From: Plasmodiophora brassicae
Lineage: Eukaryota
Assembly: GCA_036867785.1 (NCBI GenBank)
Contig: CP145421.1
Coordinates: 186,001 to 250,000, forward strand
Direction: 5' to 3'
DNA length: 64,000 nt
The translations under genes and the position numbers were made by a program. A model generated the notes under the pieces. The model had not been told where the DNA came from, ran no database searches, and saw nothing but the letters and a program-made list of their open reading frames with translations. Shown one piece after another: positions 22,708-34,918 of the stretch (its first letter is position 1; every line of letters begins with the position of its first letter).

Positions 22708-24076
22708 ATGCAGGGCGATTATCGGAAGGGCGCGGCCGGGAAGAGAGGTCACGGTCGCGGCGGTGCTCGACGGGAGCCGGATGGGCGTGCGCGCCGCCCG
22801 TCGCCGTCGACGCCGCCGCCCCCGACGATCGCACCGAGGAAGATCCTGGTGAAGCCGGCGGCCGAGCCGGCGCTGACCCTGCGACCGGCGACGCCTGTGC
22901 TGCTTCGGCCGGCTCGGCGTACCGTTCCCGTCCCGAAGCAGGTCGTGTCGATATTGGACGCGCAGCTTCGCCCCCAGAGGAACGTCGAGGAGGTTCGTGG
23001 GCCAGGTTCCTTCCGGGCGCGGGCGACGAATACTAACGCAGCCGCGCCAGATGCTCGTGGACGCCCCGGCGGTACCGTTCTCGGTCTGCGGCGCGATCGG
23101 AAGCGTCGCATCTGGGAAGTCGACGTTGCTGTCGGCGCTGTCGAGGTTCCTGTTGCCGTCGTTAGACGCGGCGACCGCGTTTAACGCGCACAGCGAGGCG
23201 TCGCTGGCGAACGGATCGACCGTGACGTCCGGTGTCGATGCCATCTTCTGTGAGCAGCACGTCGTCGTCGACTGCCAGGTGATGCAACCAGTGGTCTGCC
23301 CCCCGCCGCCGTGCGCTCGCTTACGACGTACGTCGTCAACAGGCACTGAATCCGTTGGTCCTCGGGGGCAATGCTCACAGCCTGCAGATGCAGTCGACGG
23401 AAGTCGCCATGTTCGCCCTGTCCGTCTGCAATATCCTTCTTGTGGTGCAGGACGCCTTCTGCGAGGATTCCATCCTGCACACGCTCGCGTCGGCTGCGAT
23501 GCTAAAGCGCGCTGGTACGTCCCGTTCTGTAAGCCTGGCCGACCTCGCCTACATCGGAATGCAGGTGCGCCTGGAGATTCGTCGTCGTTCCCCAGCATGC
23601 AGCACTGCGCCCGCTGTGTCTTCGTGTACAACAAGGTCCCGCTGGATCGTTTCACGCCCAGTGTGCGGGACAGTTTGCATGACCGTCTGCGCGCGTTCCT
23701 TGACCCGGCCGCGTTCCCATCGACGTCGCAGCCGGTGCTCAACGACCTGCTGACGGGAGACGAAAGGCGGGACCCAGGCCTGGACCTATTCCTAGTCCCA
23801 TGCAGCGAGACCGCGACGCGGGCGCACCGCTTGACTATGGACGAGCTGTGGGGAAAGGTTGGCCAATTGTGCCAGGACGCCACCGCGTCCGCAAACCCGT
23901 CCGGGTCGTTCGGCACTTGGTCAGGTTGCGCGTGAAGCTGTGCAATCCGTGTCCGTATCTGACGACATCATCGTGGCAGGTTCGCCGACGGTTCCCGGGT
24001 CGCTGACGACATCCGCAATTCGAGGCTCGTCTCCGTGTTCAGCAAGGCTGTCCACTCCCAGCGGCTCTTTGAATGA
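22708..24076 (+). CDS. SMG9: Nonsense-mediated decay factor SMG9-like P-loop protein, multi-exon
   Basis: VCGAIGSVASGKSTLLS, TSGVDAI, MQSTEVAMFALSVCNILLVVQD and VFVYNK motifs; low-complexity N-terminus. Confidence 0.78.
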
Positions 24077-24286
24077 AGGACGGCCATGGACTCGTATATA
24101 TGACCGGACGCCCTTGTGCCACCCGTGGGAATCACGCAGCGGCGGTATGTACATAGGTGGGGCGCGTTCGTACAGAGCAGCGGGCCCCGCGTAAAAATAG
24201 ACCATGGCGGCCGGTCGCCTCCTCGTCGACGCGGCCAAGTCCGTGGCGGCAGTTCCAAGTCGGTGCACGGACAGACGACGACGACG

Positions 24287-26047
24287 ATGGCGGTCGACGC
24301 GGCACCAGCGCCGGCGACCGGCGACAAATTCGCGGGCGGCGAGAAGGGCAAGGATGTGCGCGCGTCCAACATGTTCGCGGCCAAGGCCGTTGCCGACTGC
24401 GTGCGCACGTCGCTCGGCCCGCGCGGCATGGACAAAATGATCACGTCCAGCACCGGCGACGTTGTCATCACGAACGACGGCGCCACGATCCTGAACAAGC
24501 TGGAAGTCGCGCACCCAGCTGCGCGCATGCTTGTCGACGTGTCGAAGTCGCAGGTACCCGGGGACGCCGTGCGCCTCGATATTCGTTGCTCAATGGTCGA
24601 TCCAGGATGTGGAGGCCGGTGACGGTACGACATCGGTGACCGTGATCTGCGGCGGGCTGCTTGCCGCCGCCCAGCAGCTGATGGAGAAGGGCATCCACCC
24701 GTCGGTCATCTCCGAGGCGTTCGGCCTGGCCGCGCTGGAGAGCGAACGCATCCTCAAGTCGATCGCAACGCGCGTCGACCTCGCCGACCGTGAATCGCTG
24801 ATCCAGTCGGCGACGACGTCGCTGAACTCGAAGGTCGTCTCGGCTCATTCGGCCAGGCTGGCCCCGCTGGCCGTCGACGCCGTCTTCAGCGTCATCGACG
24901 TCAACACGGCGACCAACGTCGACCTCCGCGACATTAAAGTCGTGCAGAAACTCGGGGGCACCGTTGACGACACGGTAGGGGCGCGGCGGCACGCGAGACC
25001 CCTGTTCGCGGCTCTGATTCGCGTGTAGGAGTTGGTGCACGGCCTGGTGTTCCCGCAGAACGCGCACCATGCGGCCGGCGGGCCGACGCGCGTCACCAAC
25101 GCGAGCATCGCGCTGATCCAGTTCCAGCTGTCGGCCCCGAAGACGGACATGGAGAACTCGGTGCTGATCAGCGACTACCAGCAGATGGATCGGGTGCTGC
25201 GCGAGGAGCGCAAGTACATCCTCGGCATGGTCAAGGTCATCGTCAAGTCCGGCTGCAACGTCCTGCTGATCCAGAAGTCCATCCTGCGCGACGCCGTCTC
25301 GGACCTGTCCCTGCACTTCCTGGCCAAGAAGGGCATCATGGTCGTCACCGACGTCGAGCGCGAGGACGTCGAGTTCATCTCCAAGACGCTGGGCCTGTCG
25401 CCCATTGCGAACGTCGACAGCTTCACGCCCGACAAGATGGGATCCGCCGAGCTCGTCGAAGAGGTGCTGTATTGGTTGTCGCTGTCTGTTGAACCCTGAA
25501 TTGCTAATCGCAGTAACCACAGCTGTCGACCCCCGACGGGAAGATCGTGAAGATCACCGGCGTTCGCCATCCTGGGCGCACCGTTTCCATCCTCGTGCGC
25601 GGGTCGAACCACCTGATGGTCGAGGAAGCGGAACGATCCGTCCACGATGCGCTGTGTGTGATCCGGTGCCTGGTCAAGCAGCGGTACATGGTCGCGGGCG
25701 GCAGCGCCCCCGAGGTCGAGGTCAGCATGCGCCTCGCGAAGCACGCGCAGACGCTGACGGGCATGGCGTCGTACTGTGTGCGGGAGTTCGCCAACGCGCT
25801 CGAGATCATCCCGTTCACGCTCGCCGAGAACGCGGGCCTGAACCCGATGGAGATCGTCACCGAGCTCAAGGCCCGCCATGCGAACGGGCAGACGACCGCC
25901 GGCATCAACGTCCGCAAGGGGTGCATCACCGACATCCTCGAGGAGAACGTCGTCCAGCCGCTGCTGGTCACAACGAGCGCCATCAACCTCGCGACCGAAT
26001 GCGTCCGGATGCTGCTCAAGATCGACGACATTGTCGCCGTTCGCTGA
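24287..26047 (+). CDS. CCT4: T-complex protein 1 subunit delta (chaperonin CCT4)
   Basis: [61 protein letters not shown]; three introns. Confidence 0.97.
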
Positions 26048-26804
26048 TGTGCCCGCCCGGATGTCGCCTAACGTCTCCGATTACTACACTACATGCTCGC
26101 GAGGTTGCAATGTTGTCACCGGGTTCGTTGTGCACACGGATGCTGGTCCCCCGCGCTGCTTCTACTGAGGTATCTGCCTGTGGTGGTGCTCACAGGTGCC
26201 GTTCGCCCACCCTCCGTAGGCCCTACGAAACGGTACTTGTGTCGTCTGTGCTCACAGACGCCCGCCCCTCGACAGTTTGCAGCATCTGTCCCGAGTCCCG
26301 ACGATCGTGAGGAGATTGCATCGGGCGTGCGATGCCTGCGCGTTCGCGTCCCCGTCGCGCTTGCAGCCGACATTCCCGGCAGTGGTGACTCTATCGTTCG
26401 CTCGTGCCGGTGCAGTAGCGACTTCGGCCGCATTCCTTGCGAACATTCCTAAGATACGTGAATGTTCGATGCTTCCGCACTGGCCCTCGACGTGTGATGA
26501 CAGTACGCTCAACATTGTCAAATCGGTCGTAAAATTCTGGCGAGACCAACGTCCCCTATGGTAACGGAAGTCCAGTTTCGTGGGTGTGTTCAGCTGACGG
26601 ATCGTCATGCTGTGACCGCTGTCGGTCTAGCGCATCTGGAAGGAACACGCTCCATGTACGATGATGACAGGGCGGGCACCAGCCAGGGTACATTGTTCTC
26701 ACGTTGCTCTTCCCCGAACTATTCCGATCCACGGGAACCGGTCGGGGCGCGCAGTCTGAGAGTATTGGATTTGTTTTCGAGGGTCGCGTCTGAGCTGCAG
26801 CGCG

Positions 26805-26878
26805 GATCTCGTGGTGTAGTTGGTTATCACATCTGTCTAACACACAGGAGGTCCCCAGTTCGAACCTGGGCGAGATCA
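26805..26878 (+). tRNA. tRNA-Val (anticodon AAC)
   Basis: Acceptor GATCTCG/CGAGATC, D-arm TGGTGTAGTTGGTTATCAC, anticodon arm TCTGT-CTAACAC-ACAGG, T-arm CCCAG-TTCGAAC-CTGGG; TTTTT terminator at 26881-26885. Confidence 0.95.
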
Positions 26879-27342
26879 TGTTTTTGCGCTCTCCTTTTGG
26901 TGTGCGTTGCGGCTGCCTGCCTGCCGATCTTCCGGGTCGGCCCCCTCCGCTTTTACCTACTGGCTGCGCGGCTCGAAGGCCCTATTCTATCCATCGCTTG
27001 CGTGAGCACCCGTGTCGTTAGTTAGTAATGGTATCCGCACTCGGATGACGCGCGGGCTGGTCATTCAGCCGGCAATATTCGAAGACGCGTCAGACACTAC
27101 GTTGTGGAATAGCGCAATTGCAGAAGCCTCCTAAACGACGACTTTCGGGTTCATTTCGATCCGACGTTCCTCCTCCAGCGCCCAATTACCCCTTCAGCCG
27201 CCAGCATGATCCGATTCCAGGTCCGCTTGAAAGGAACCGCTGACACCCTCCTCCCCCTCGCATTCGTCGAGCGAGCAGGCACGTGAGAATGTGGCAAGCG
27301 GACGTCACGCCCTCCATGTTAGGTAAGGCTCGTTCTCACTGG

Positions 27343-27878
27343 TCAGGTTTCAGGGGGGACGGGGGTGTCCGTACACTCGGCCGAACGAATTGAGTGCCCT
27401 GGATCCGATCCGAAGCCGATTCCTGACCGGCCGGGACGCACGGTGACAGAGATGGGGGTAACCATACCGCTGGAGGCGTGGCCTGCGTGCCATAACAGCA
27501 TATGAGGCCCAGGCGCATAACACTGCCTACGAACGGTTCGTTACCTAGGCCAGAACCAGCAGTCCAACCCATTTTCCGCAGGATACGATGCCCGACGTTG
27601 CAGCTGGGGATCTCCTGCTCCTGCTGCACGTCGAACGAAACGTTCCCGTGTGCACCAGGCTCGCGGGCAGGCGACCGCCGCTGCCGAAAGCGCCGCCATC
27701 GCCCGCCTGTGGCCGCCGCCGTCTTCACCTCCAGCGATAACGACGGCGGCGGCATCGGAAAATCGTCGGCCATGTCCTCCTCGACAGGCGCGCTGGTCGG
27801 GCACGTGGCCGTGTCCGACGGGAATCGCTGCGCGATGTCCTTCCAGACGTCCTGGACGCTGTCAGCCGTGTCCTGCAT
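27343..27878 (-). CDS. Small G-patch domain protein
   Basis: IPSCNVGHRILRKMGWTAGSGLG, continuing after an intron as ...GMVTPISVTVRPGRSGIG. The start is uncertain. Confidence 0.75.
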
Positions 27879-28059
27879 CGGCCTGTAGGAGGTACGCGAT
27901 GCGGCGCCGTCGACGGACTCCGTGGCGGCGCTGTCGCGATGATGATCCGACGGGGTCTAGCGGTGAATTGGCGGTCGACATCGGCGGCTGTGGGCTTGCG
28001 CAGGTACTCTGCTCCACACCGTCGAACGATCTCAGAGTTGAAACGCTACAGACAACTGT

Positions 28060-28335
28060 TAGCCTCATCATACGCGATGATTTGTTCACGGCCCTTGAAG
28101 GATTCAAGGGCCGTACGTGCTCTCCCCGATCTTGATATACTCGTCGAGCTCGTCGCCCGGTAACCCGTAGCACAGCATGCGGTTCGCTGCTGTACACGTC
28201 TGGATTGTAGACAGGCCTGGTACACCCAACACATCGACTCGTTGAATGACCTGACCTGTCGTCATTTCAAAGTGTACAGCAGCGAACCGCGTGCTTTGGT
28301 AGGGGTTTCCGCCCGGCGCGCTCGACGAGTATACT
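28060..28335. mobile_element. PIF/Harbinger-type transposase relics, two copies in inverted orientation
   Basis: The minus strand reads LGVPGLSTIQTCTAANRMLCYGLPGDELDEYIKIGEST, matching the GLS..QKCTAA.RMLAYG...D..DEY.RIGEST motif of Harbinger (Plant_tran-like) transposases. The plus-strand copy reads KCTAANRVLW*GFPPGALDEY. Confidence 0.75.
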
Positions 28336-28727
28336 ATAAGTACCTACAGTGTACCTATGGAGAACGAGAGACAGGACCGTTCTACAAACCCCAAACGTGG
28401 CGTAGCTCGTTCGTGGATTTGGTCCCGTGCCCAGAGTCGGCGGCCGTCCCTGCGAGGCTGAGTAGGTGGCTCTTGGACGGTGAACGGGTTCGCGAAGAAC
28501 GCGCGAGTGAATTGCCCCTCGACATGACTCAGAGCGTCGGCCTGGAGCTCCACATCCGGCAGCCGAGGCAAGCTTGTAAGACAAGCCGCCTGCAGGCGAT
28601 CGGAGGGACGAACAAGATCCCCGTTCTCATATGGCTTTCGCGCAACGGGTTCTAGGAGAAGGTGGTATCCTGCCTGGGAAGGTCGTGCCAGGCGGTCTGA
28701 CTTACGCTTGTAACATTCTCGACCGGA

Positions 28728-30634
28728 ATGGGAGCGGCCCTCCTGGATGATAATGTTGGGCCTCCCGTCATTCGCGGCCCTGTCGTCCCGGGAATGGAGG
28801 TGTTTCCGCCGCGGGCCGTCCTCCAGCAATTGGACCTTGTCCCGCTGGGCACCCTGATCGTCATCTACGGTTCCTGGTTACGCGCTGACACCGCCTCTGC
28901 ATTCCCTGATACTCGCGCGCGTAGTGTACTTCCTGTGCGTCGCATCGTCAATCCTGTCCCGCGGATGCAACATGCTCCTCCAGATCTACGGTCCAGGCGT
29001 CATTGGCGGTCTGGTTATCCCAATGCTCGGTCAGTATCGGGCGTGTACAGCGGTCGTTGCCACCCCGGTCGGGTAACATCGGTCCTGCGGCAGGTGCCAT
29101 CCCGGACGGCGTCCTGATCCTGATATCGGGGATGGGGACCGGCAGTACGCACGACATCCAGAAGGACATGGCAGTGGGGATCGGCACCCTGACCGGGTCC
29201 AGCATCATGCTGATCACGATCCCGTGGGCGGCGGGCGTCTGGCTCGGCAGGCGCGATATCCACCCGGCCACCGGCCTGGCCATGAGCACGGTCGTCAACG
29301 GCACTGTGCGACCAATGTACACGAAGTTCACCTGGACGATGACGGGCGTCACCGCGTTCCACGAGATCGCCTACCTCGCCAAGACGATGATGGCGACCGC
29401 CCTGCTGTACCTCGTCATCCAGATCCCGGCCATGTTCTTCCGACAGGACCAACAGGCGGGCGACGAGGAGCGAATGTACGCCATCCTCGGGTTCTGCGGC
29501 TCCATGGCCGCCTTCGTCGCCTACAGCGTCGTCCAGCTTCGCAGCGTCGAAGGCCACGAGATGCAGAGGCAGCGGCAGAAGTCGACGAAGCGGAGGCACT
29601 GGGAGAAGACGCTGGCGCGGCAGCTGACGCCCGGCAAGAGCCTGCGCCTGGTCTTCAAGACGTTCGACCTCGACGACGACGAGTTCATCGACCGGCCCGA
29701 GCTGGTCCGGTGCCTGAACTCGCTCGGCCTGGACGCCGACCGGCGCGACGTCAACGCGATCCTGAAGGAGATGGACGGCGGCGGCCTGCGCCGGCAAAGT
29801 ACGCACGTTGACTGCACGGGGAACATTCGCTCGCCCGCACTCTCCGCTGACTGCGCGACTGCCGACGCAGATTCCGACGAGCGCATCTCGTACCGCGAGT
29901 TCGAGCAGTTCTTCACGCGCGCCATCACGCTGGACGACAAGCGGCGATCGCGCACGGATCGCCCGTCGATGGCGACGGGCCTGCTGGACGCGTCCGTTGA
30001 CGGCGTGCCCGACGCCGACGACTGGGACGACGACTGCGACGAGGAGGAGCGCATGTACGTGCACCTGTCGGATGCGCAGATCCAGTGGAAGGCGCTGCGG
30101 ACGCTGACGTTCGGCGCCGCCCTCGTCACGCTGTTCTCGTTCCCGCTCGTGACGACCATGGCCGTGTTCGCCGACAAGGTCGGCGTCAGCGCGTTCTACG
30201 TCAGCTTCGTGGTCGCCCCGTTCGCCAGCAACGCCAGCGAGGTCATGGCCGCGCTGCAATTCGCCACCAAACGCAACTCGAAGGGCGTGTCGCTCATGTT
30301 CGGGTCGCTGTACGGCTCGGCGAACATGAATGTAGGGTGGTGTCGGCCGCACGGAATGCCGACATTGACGACGACGCTGACGTTGTGCCAGAACACGTTC
30401 GCGCTATCCATCTTCCTGGGCCTGGTCGCGTTCCGCGGCCTGCAATGGCTGTTCACTGCCGAGGTCGTCGTCATCCTGTTCGTCACGTTCGCGGTCGGCA
30501 TGCAGGGGCGGCGCCGGACGGTCCGCATGTACCAGGCGGCGCTGGTCGCCGCCCTGTACCCGTTCAGCATCATGGCCATCTACGGCCTGAAGCGCCTGGG
30601 CCTGGACAAGGGGTACCACCGCACGCCGACATGA
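28728..30634 (+). CDS. EF-hand-containing Na+/Ca2+ exchanger-like protein (NCL/EFCAX type)
   Basis: GPGVIGGLVIPMLGAIPD, VGIGTLTGSSIMLITIPW, EF hands DLDDDEFIDRPEL and DSDERISYREF, FYVSFVVAPFASNASE. Confidence 0.88.
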
Positions 30635-30727
30635 CGCCGAATAGACCAGCAACAACACTACCGGATGAGGATATCGTAGCCGTTCATTGTTGTCCCAGAT
30701 CGGCGCGGGGCGCGTGCCCCTGTCGCC

Positions 30728-31732
30728 ATGTCCCCCAACCATGCCGCCGCCGTTGTCGTCGTCGTCGTCGTTGTCCTGGCGTCCGATACGTCGTCGGCGA
30801 TCGGTATCGCCAAGCGTCACGCGTACGGGAACGCGGGCATCACGAGCACAGAGCTGGCGCGGTCGGGCGTCCTGCAGCGGTTGCAGGACGACGCCGGCAT
30901 TGTTGTCGGCGAGTTGCTGGGCGGCGGCGGGTCCGGCAGCGTGTTCGCCGCCCCGCCCGACCTCGCCGTCAAGTTCGCCCGCCTGCTGACCGACGCCGAC
31001 CGCCGGCAATGGGCGCAGGAATGCCAGACGAACGGCGAGATCGCGCGCCTGCCGCCTGGCGACCGGGCGCACCTGGCGACCGCCCTGTCCTGCACGACGG
31101 TCGGCGACTTTGGCGTCCTGGTCATGCCCCGGTACGCGACGCCGCTCGCCAGCGTCGTCGCCACCCTGTCCGTCGATGACGTGCACCGGGTCGCGCGGGA
31201 CGTCGCCACCGCGCTCGACGTCCTGCACACGCGGGTCGGGGTCGTCCACCTCGACGTCAAGGTCGGCAACGTGGTCCTGGACGGGGACGGGCGCGCCCTG
31301 CTCATCGATTTCGGCGTGGTCGCGCGCGTCGGCGCCCCCACATTACGGCAGCGAGGCACGCGCGGCAGCATCGCCCCCGAACTGTTGCTGGCGGGCGACG
31401 CGCCGCCGCCGATCGCGACGCCTGCCGCCGATATGTACGGGTTCGGCGTGCTGTTGTACCATCTGGTCGGGCGGCGCCCCGATCCCGACCCGGCGCTGCT
31501 GGGGTACGCGCTCGGCATGGGGCCCCGGCCGACGCTGACCGATCGGGAGTGCCGAGCGACGGCCCTGCTGTGCCCGTTGATATCCGCCTGCATGTCGTTG
31601 CGGGCGGAGGAGCGCCCGACGCCTCGCCAGGCGATCAACGCCCTGCTGCCCGGCACGTCGGCACCGCTCGTCGTGATGGTCGCGGCGATCGCCCTCGTGG
31701 TCGTCCTGTCGCGCACGAACAGGAAACAGTGA
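30728..31732 (+). CDS. Protein kinase with N-terminal signal peptide and C-terminal TM helix
   Basis: AAAVVVVVVVVLA signal; GGGGSG, AVK, HLDVKVGN, DFG, APE, DMYGFG; C-terminal LVVMVAAIALVVVL; single exon. Confidence 0.88.
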   Translation: MSPNHAAAVVVVVVVVLASDTSSAIGIAKRHAYGNAGITSTELARSGVLQRLQDDAGIVVGELLGGGGSGSVFAAPPDLAVKFARLLTDADRRQWAQECQTNGEIARLPPGDRAHLATALSCTTVGDFGVLVMPRYATPLASVVATLSVDDVHRVARDVATALDVLHTRVGVVHLDVKVGNVVLDGDGRALLIDFGVVARVGAPTLRQRGTRGSIAPELLLAGDAPPPIATPAADMYGFGVLLYHLVGRRPDPDPALLGYALGMGPRPTLTDRECRATALLCPLISACMSLRAEERPTPRQAINALLPGTSAPLVVMVAAIALVVVLSRTNRKQ

Positions 31733-31789
31733 TACATCGGCCTGGCAGGCGCCATGGTTTATTGGACACGCAGGGACGGGACAGGTGGA

Positions 31790-32908
31790 TCAGGCCAGGG
31801 CGGCGAAGGCGCAGGCAACGACGGCACCGACCGAGACGATGGCGCCGGTGGCGGACGACGTCGCCTGGTCGACCTCAGGCGGCGTCTGCGCCGGCTTCTC
31901 CTGCAGGCCCAGCGTCTGGAGGCCCGCGTTGGCGACGTTCTTGGCCTTCTCGACGGCCTTGTTCCAGCCCTTCGCCAGGTCGTTCTCCGTGTAAGCAAAG
32001 TACCCGATGGTACCGGCGCCGGCGGCCGCAGTCGTAGCGGCGACCGCACCGGCAACCTTACCGACCGTCATCGGGGTCGAACGCGGCTCAGGAGAAGGAA
32101 CTGGCCCCGCCGGCACCTTGGACAGAGACTTGCCCAGGTAGGCGATCGCCTTGTTCCAGCCCTTCTTCAGGCTCGACTTCTTCTTGTACGCATAGAGCCC
32201 GACGGTACCGGCGATCGCAGCCGTAGCGACGACCGGTGCGGCACCCATCGTCATCGCACTACCTGACATGGTCTTAGGATCAGGGCCGCCTGGCGCTTCC
32301 TTCTCTTGGACATGCGAGGCCTCCGCCTTCTTCCCGGGCGTCGTGGTCTTGCCGTTCGATGAACCAGCGCCAGGCACAGTGACTGGGATGCTAGTGCCCT
32401 CCTCGTTGTCGCTCTCCTCCCCGGTGCCACGAGACTCCTTCTCCTGTCCCCGGAGAGCCGTATCCACGATTTCCCTCTTCAGCTTCTCAACTTCTTCATA
32501 CATGTCAACCAGGCGGTCCCTGATTTCTCCTGTGATAAGCCGAACAGGTTCCCGCTCTTCGTCACCCTCGTCGGTTTCGTCTCCCGGCGTCTCCATCTCC
32601 GTCTGTTTCGGGAAGGAGTCGATCACCTTGATGAATTCCTCCAGACTGGTGGTGGCCTTGAGTTGGCGCTTGTGGTCCCGGGTGAACCCGTCCAGATCGA
32701 TTTCATCGATCGCCTTGTGGATCTCCTCCAACCTGCGTTCCTTCGCCTCGACTTTCTGCGCGAGCTTGTGCTTCATCTCCCGGGCTTCCTCGCTGGCTGC
32801 GTCTCCTTGGCCCCGGGTTGGGCTGTCTGCTGCCATTGCCAGCGCGGCCATGACGACGACGACGACGACGACGACGGATGCAGCGGCGCGCGACATACTC
32901 GACAACAT
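31790..32908 (-). CDS. Secreted/surface coiled-coil protein with duplicated hydrophobic-amphipathic motif and hydrophobic C-terminus
   Basis: Signal VVVVVVVVMAALAMAA; E/K-rich helical domain; two AGT.G..AY......KGWNKA repeats; ends AIVSVGAVVACAFAALA*. Confidence 0.75.
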   Translation of the reverse strand: MLSSMSRAAASVVVVVVVVMAALAMAADSPTRGQGDAASEEAREMKHKLAQKVEAKERRLEEIHKAIDEIDLDGFTRDHKRQLKATTSLEEFIKVIDSFPKQTEMETPGDETDEGDEEREPVRLITGEIRDRLVDMYEEVEKLKREIVDTALRGQEKESRGTGEESDNEEGTSIPVTVPGAGSSNGKTTTPGKKAEASHVQEKEAPGGPDPKTMSGSAMTMGAAPVVATAAIAGTVGLYAYKKKSSLKKGWNKAIAYLGKSLSKVPAGPVPSPEPRSTPMTVGKVAGAVAATTAAAGAGTIGYFAYTENDLAKGWNKAVEKAKNVANAGLQTLGLQEKPAQTPPEVDQATSSATGAIVSVGAVVACAFAALA

Positions 32909-33160
32909 CGACAGGCGAACCGACCGGTTGCAGAATGACCGGCGGGGGGCCCGCAATCAGCGGTGCGCCCCGCCCTCTCCGTGCAGCTCGCAGTCGCGCT
33001 GCGGCCTCCGGGGAGAGCCCGATTTGGCGCCTCGCCCACGTCCGCCCCCCCGCCGACGTGACCGCGCCGCCTATATTTAGGTCGACGACGGTCGAGGTAT
33101 ACGTTTCGAGCATCGTGCGTTGTATGGATATATAGGGCGAGCGTGTTGCAGGGGGGCGAA

Positions 33161-33978
33161 TCAGGCGGCGGCACAGAACCCGGTGAGGCAGTTGACTGTG
33201 AGCGGCAGCGTGTACAGCCAGGTCTGCAGCTGCAGGTTGGCGACGACGCTGCCGGTGGCGTCCGGCGGCGAGAAGTTGAACGTCAGCGGGTTCCGGTCCG
33301 CGTTCAGCAGCGACACGAACAGGTTCAGGATCGCGTACCCGCAGTTGTCGCAGGCAAGGCATTTCTACCAATACATCATCAGCCATTGCGCGCGCGTTGA
33401 TCACCGCTTGTCGCCCACCTTCTTCGAGCATGATAGGACGTCGCCGGAGGGCGACGGCTGGAGCAGGCACTGGCTGAACGTGCACTCCAGTAGGGTCTGT
33501 ACGTCGCCGCAGACGCTGCCTCCACGGTTCAAACGGGTCTGCGCCTGGAACGTGACGATGTCGTTGGCCAGGTCGACGTGCAGGCTGCTGCGCTGGTCGA
33601 TCAGGTTCAGGATCTTGCTCTGGTCGCTGTAGACGACGCTGCACTCCATCTGTCCGTCGCCTCCTCTCGGCACCGCCTTCATGGTCTGGTTCGCGGGGCA
33701 CGCCGTCGCGTTCACGACGAAGTTGCAAGCGGCGCCCCCGTACCCTGCACGCACTCAGCGGCGTGCGCGGGCCGGGTGCGACCGCACGTACCTGGCGGAC
33801 AGGTGCACCTTGTCGTACGGTCCCATCCGTAGCTTGAGCATGGTTTCGTAGCGCAGGCGGTGTCGTCAATGTACCCACGGGCGCATTGAAGGCCCGCTGA
33901 CGGGCACGTTGTCAGTTGTGTTGCCGCCGCCGCCGCCGTCAGCGCCATGATGACCAGGACCGCACTTGATACCGACAT
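33161..33978 (-). CDS. Secreted cysteine-rich protein with EGF-like motif, three exons
   Basis: Signal MSVSSAVLVIMALTAAAAA; the spliced product contains CTCPPGYGGAAC and ends LTVNCLTGFCAAA*. Confidence 0.78.
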
Positions 33979-34157
33979 CGTGCTTTGTTGCAATGGACGC
34001 CCGGGGATGCTGGACCTCCGCACCCACCGGGTCGACGACCGTACCCAAATCTGGACGGTCGGGTCGTTGTCATCTCCCCGGATATCGGCGCCGGGACGCT
34101 GGTCACGCGGCGACGAAGGCTCGTGGTGCGTGCGAACAGGAAGCACTGGTGCGCACG

Positions 34158-34792
34158 ATGTCCAGTGCCGACGTACTGGTCGCTGCCGTTCTCGGCATTG
34201 CTGCCTGGTTCGCGTTGAACCCGTACGTGCCACCTCGCGGGTACGTGATCGATTACCCGGGTCTCAAACTGGGCCATCTGTATAGGTTGCGTGTCATGGG
34301 ACTGCCCGAATCATTGTTCGTGCCTGGTCCGACTCCTTGTCGGCGAGCGTTGAGCGGTTTGTGGGCACAGAACCGTTGCGGTCAACTGGATGGCGGCCGC
34401 GTCGGCTGGGATCTACTGGAGTCCGCTCATTGTTAGGCAGAGTGAACAGTTCCTCGGTCAAGGTGACGTTGGCACGAAGAATGTGGCCCGAATCTGCAAC
34501 TCACTTGGGTAGGCCAGACAACGGGGCGACGCTGGACCGGCAACCGCCCTGGAGGACGTTCCTGGTGGTAGTTGGCGCATCAGCCCTGAAGATCAACGAG
34601 TTCGACAACGTCGACCTGACCGGGTTCGTCATCGTTGCCGCGTTGTGCCTGCGACTCTGCCCAGTGCGTGCGTCGCGACGCGCGTCCCATTTGTCGTCCA
34701 GCCATTCGCCCTCGGAATCGTGCGACCACACGAGCGCCTCCCGGGTTCGACATCCAGCCAGCCAAGCGCAGTCCTGTCGAACAATATAGTTT
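34158..34792 (+). CDS. Possible small membrane protein; exon structure unresolved
   Basis: MSSADVLVAAVLGIAAWFALNP followed by a GTACGT donor, with hydrophobic segments downstream; reading frame after the introns is ambiguous. Confidence 0.3.
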
Positions 34793-34918
34793 AGCAGAGG
34801 ACGCCCGACTTATGTGCGATCATGCGCCGCACCGAGTCGTCACGGGGCGAACCGGCGGACTCACGAGGCGCACCCCAAACCGAATCGGTACCGATTTTGC
34901 GTTGCGGGTTGCCGGACG

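Noticed and set aside
26050-26800. Possible gene between CCT4 and tRNA-Val
   Set aside because: Several short ORFs on both strands, none with convincing motifs or a consistent splice model.
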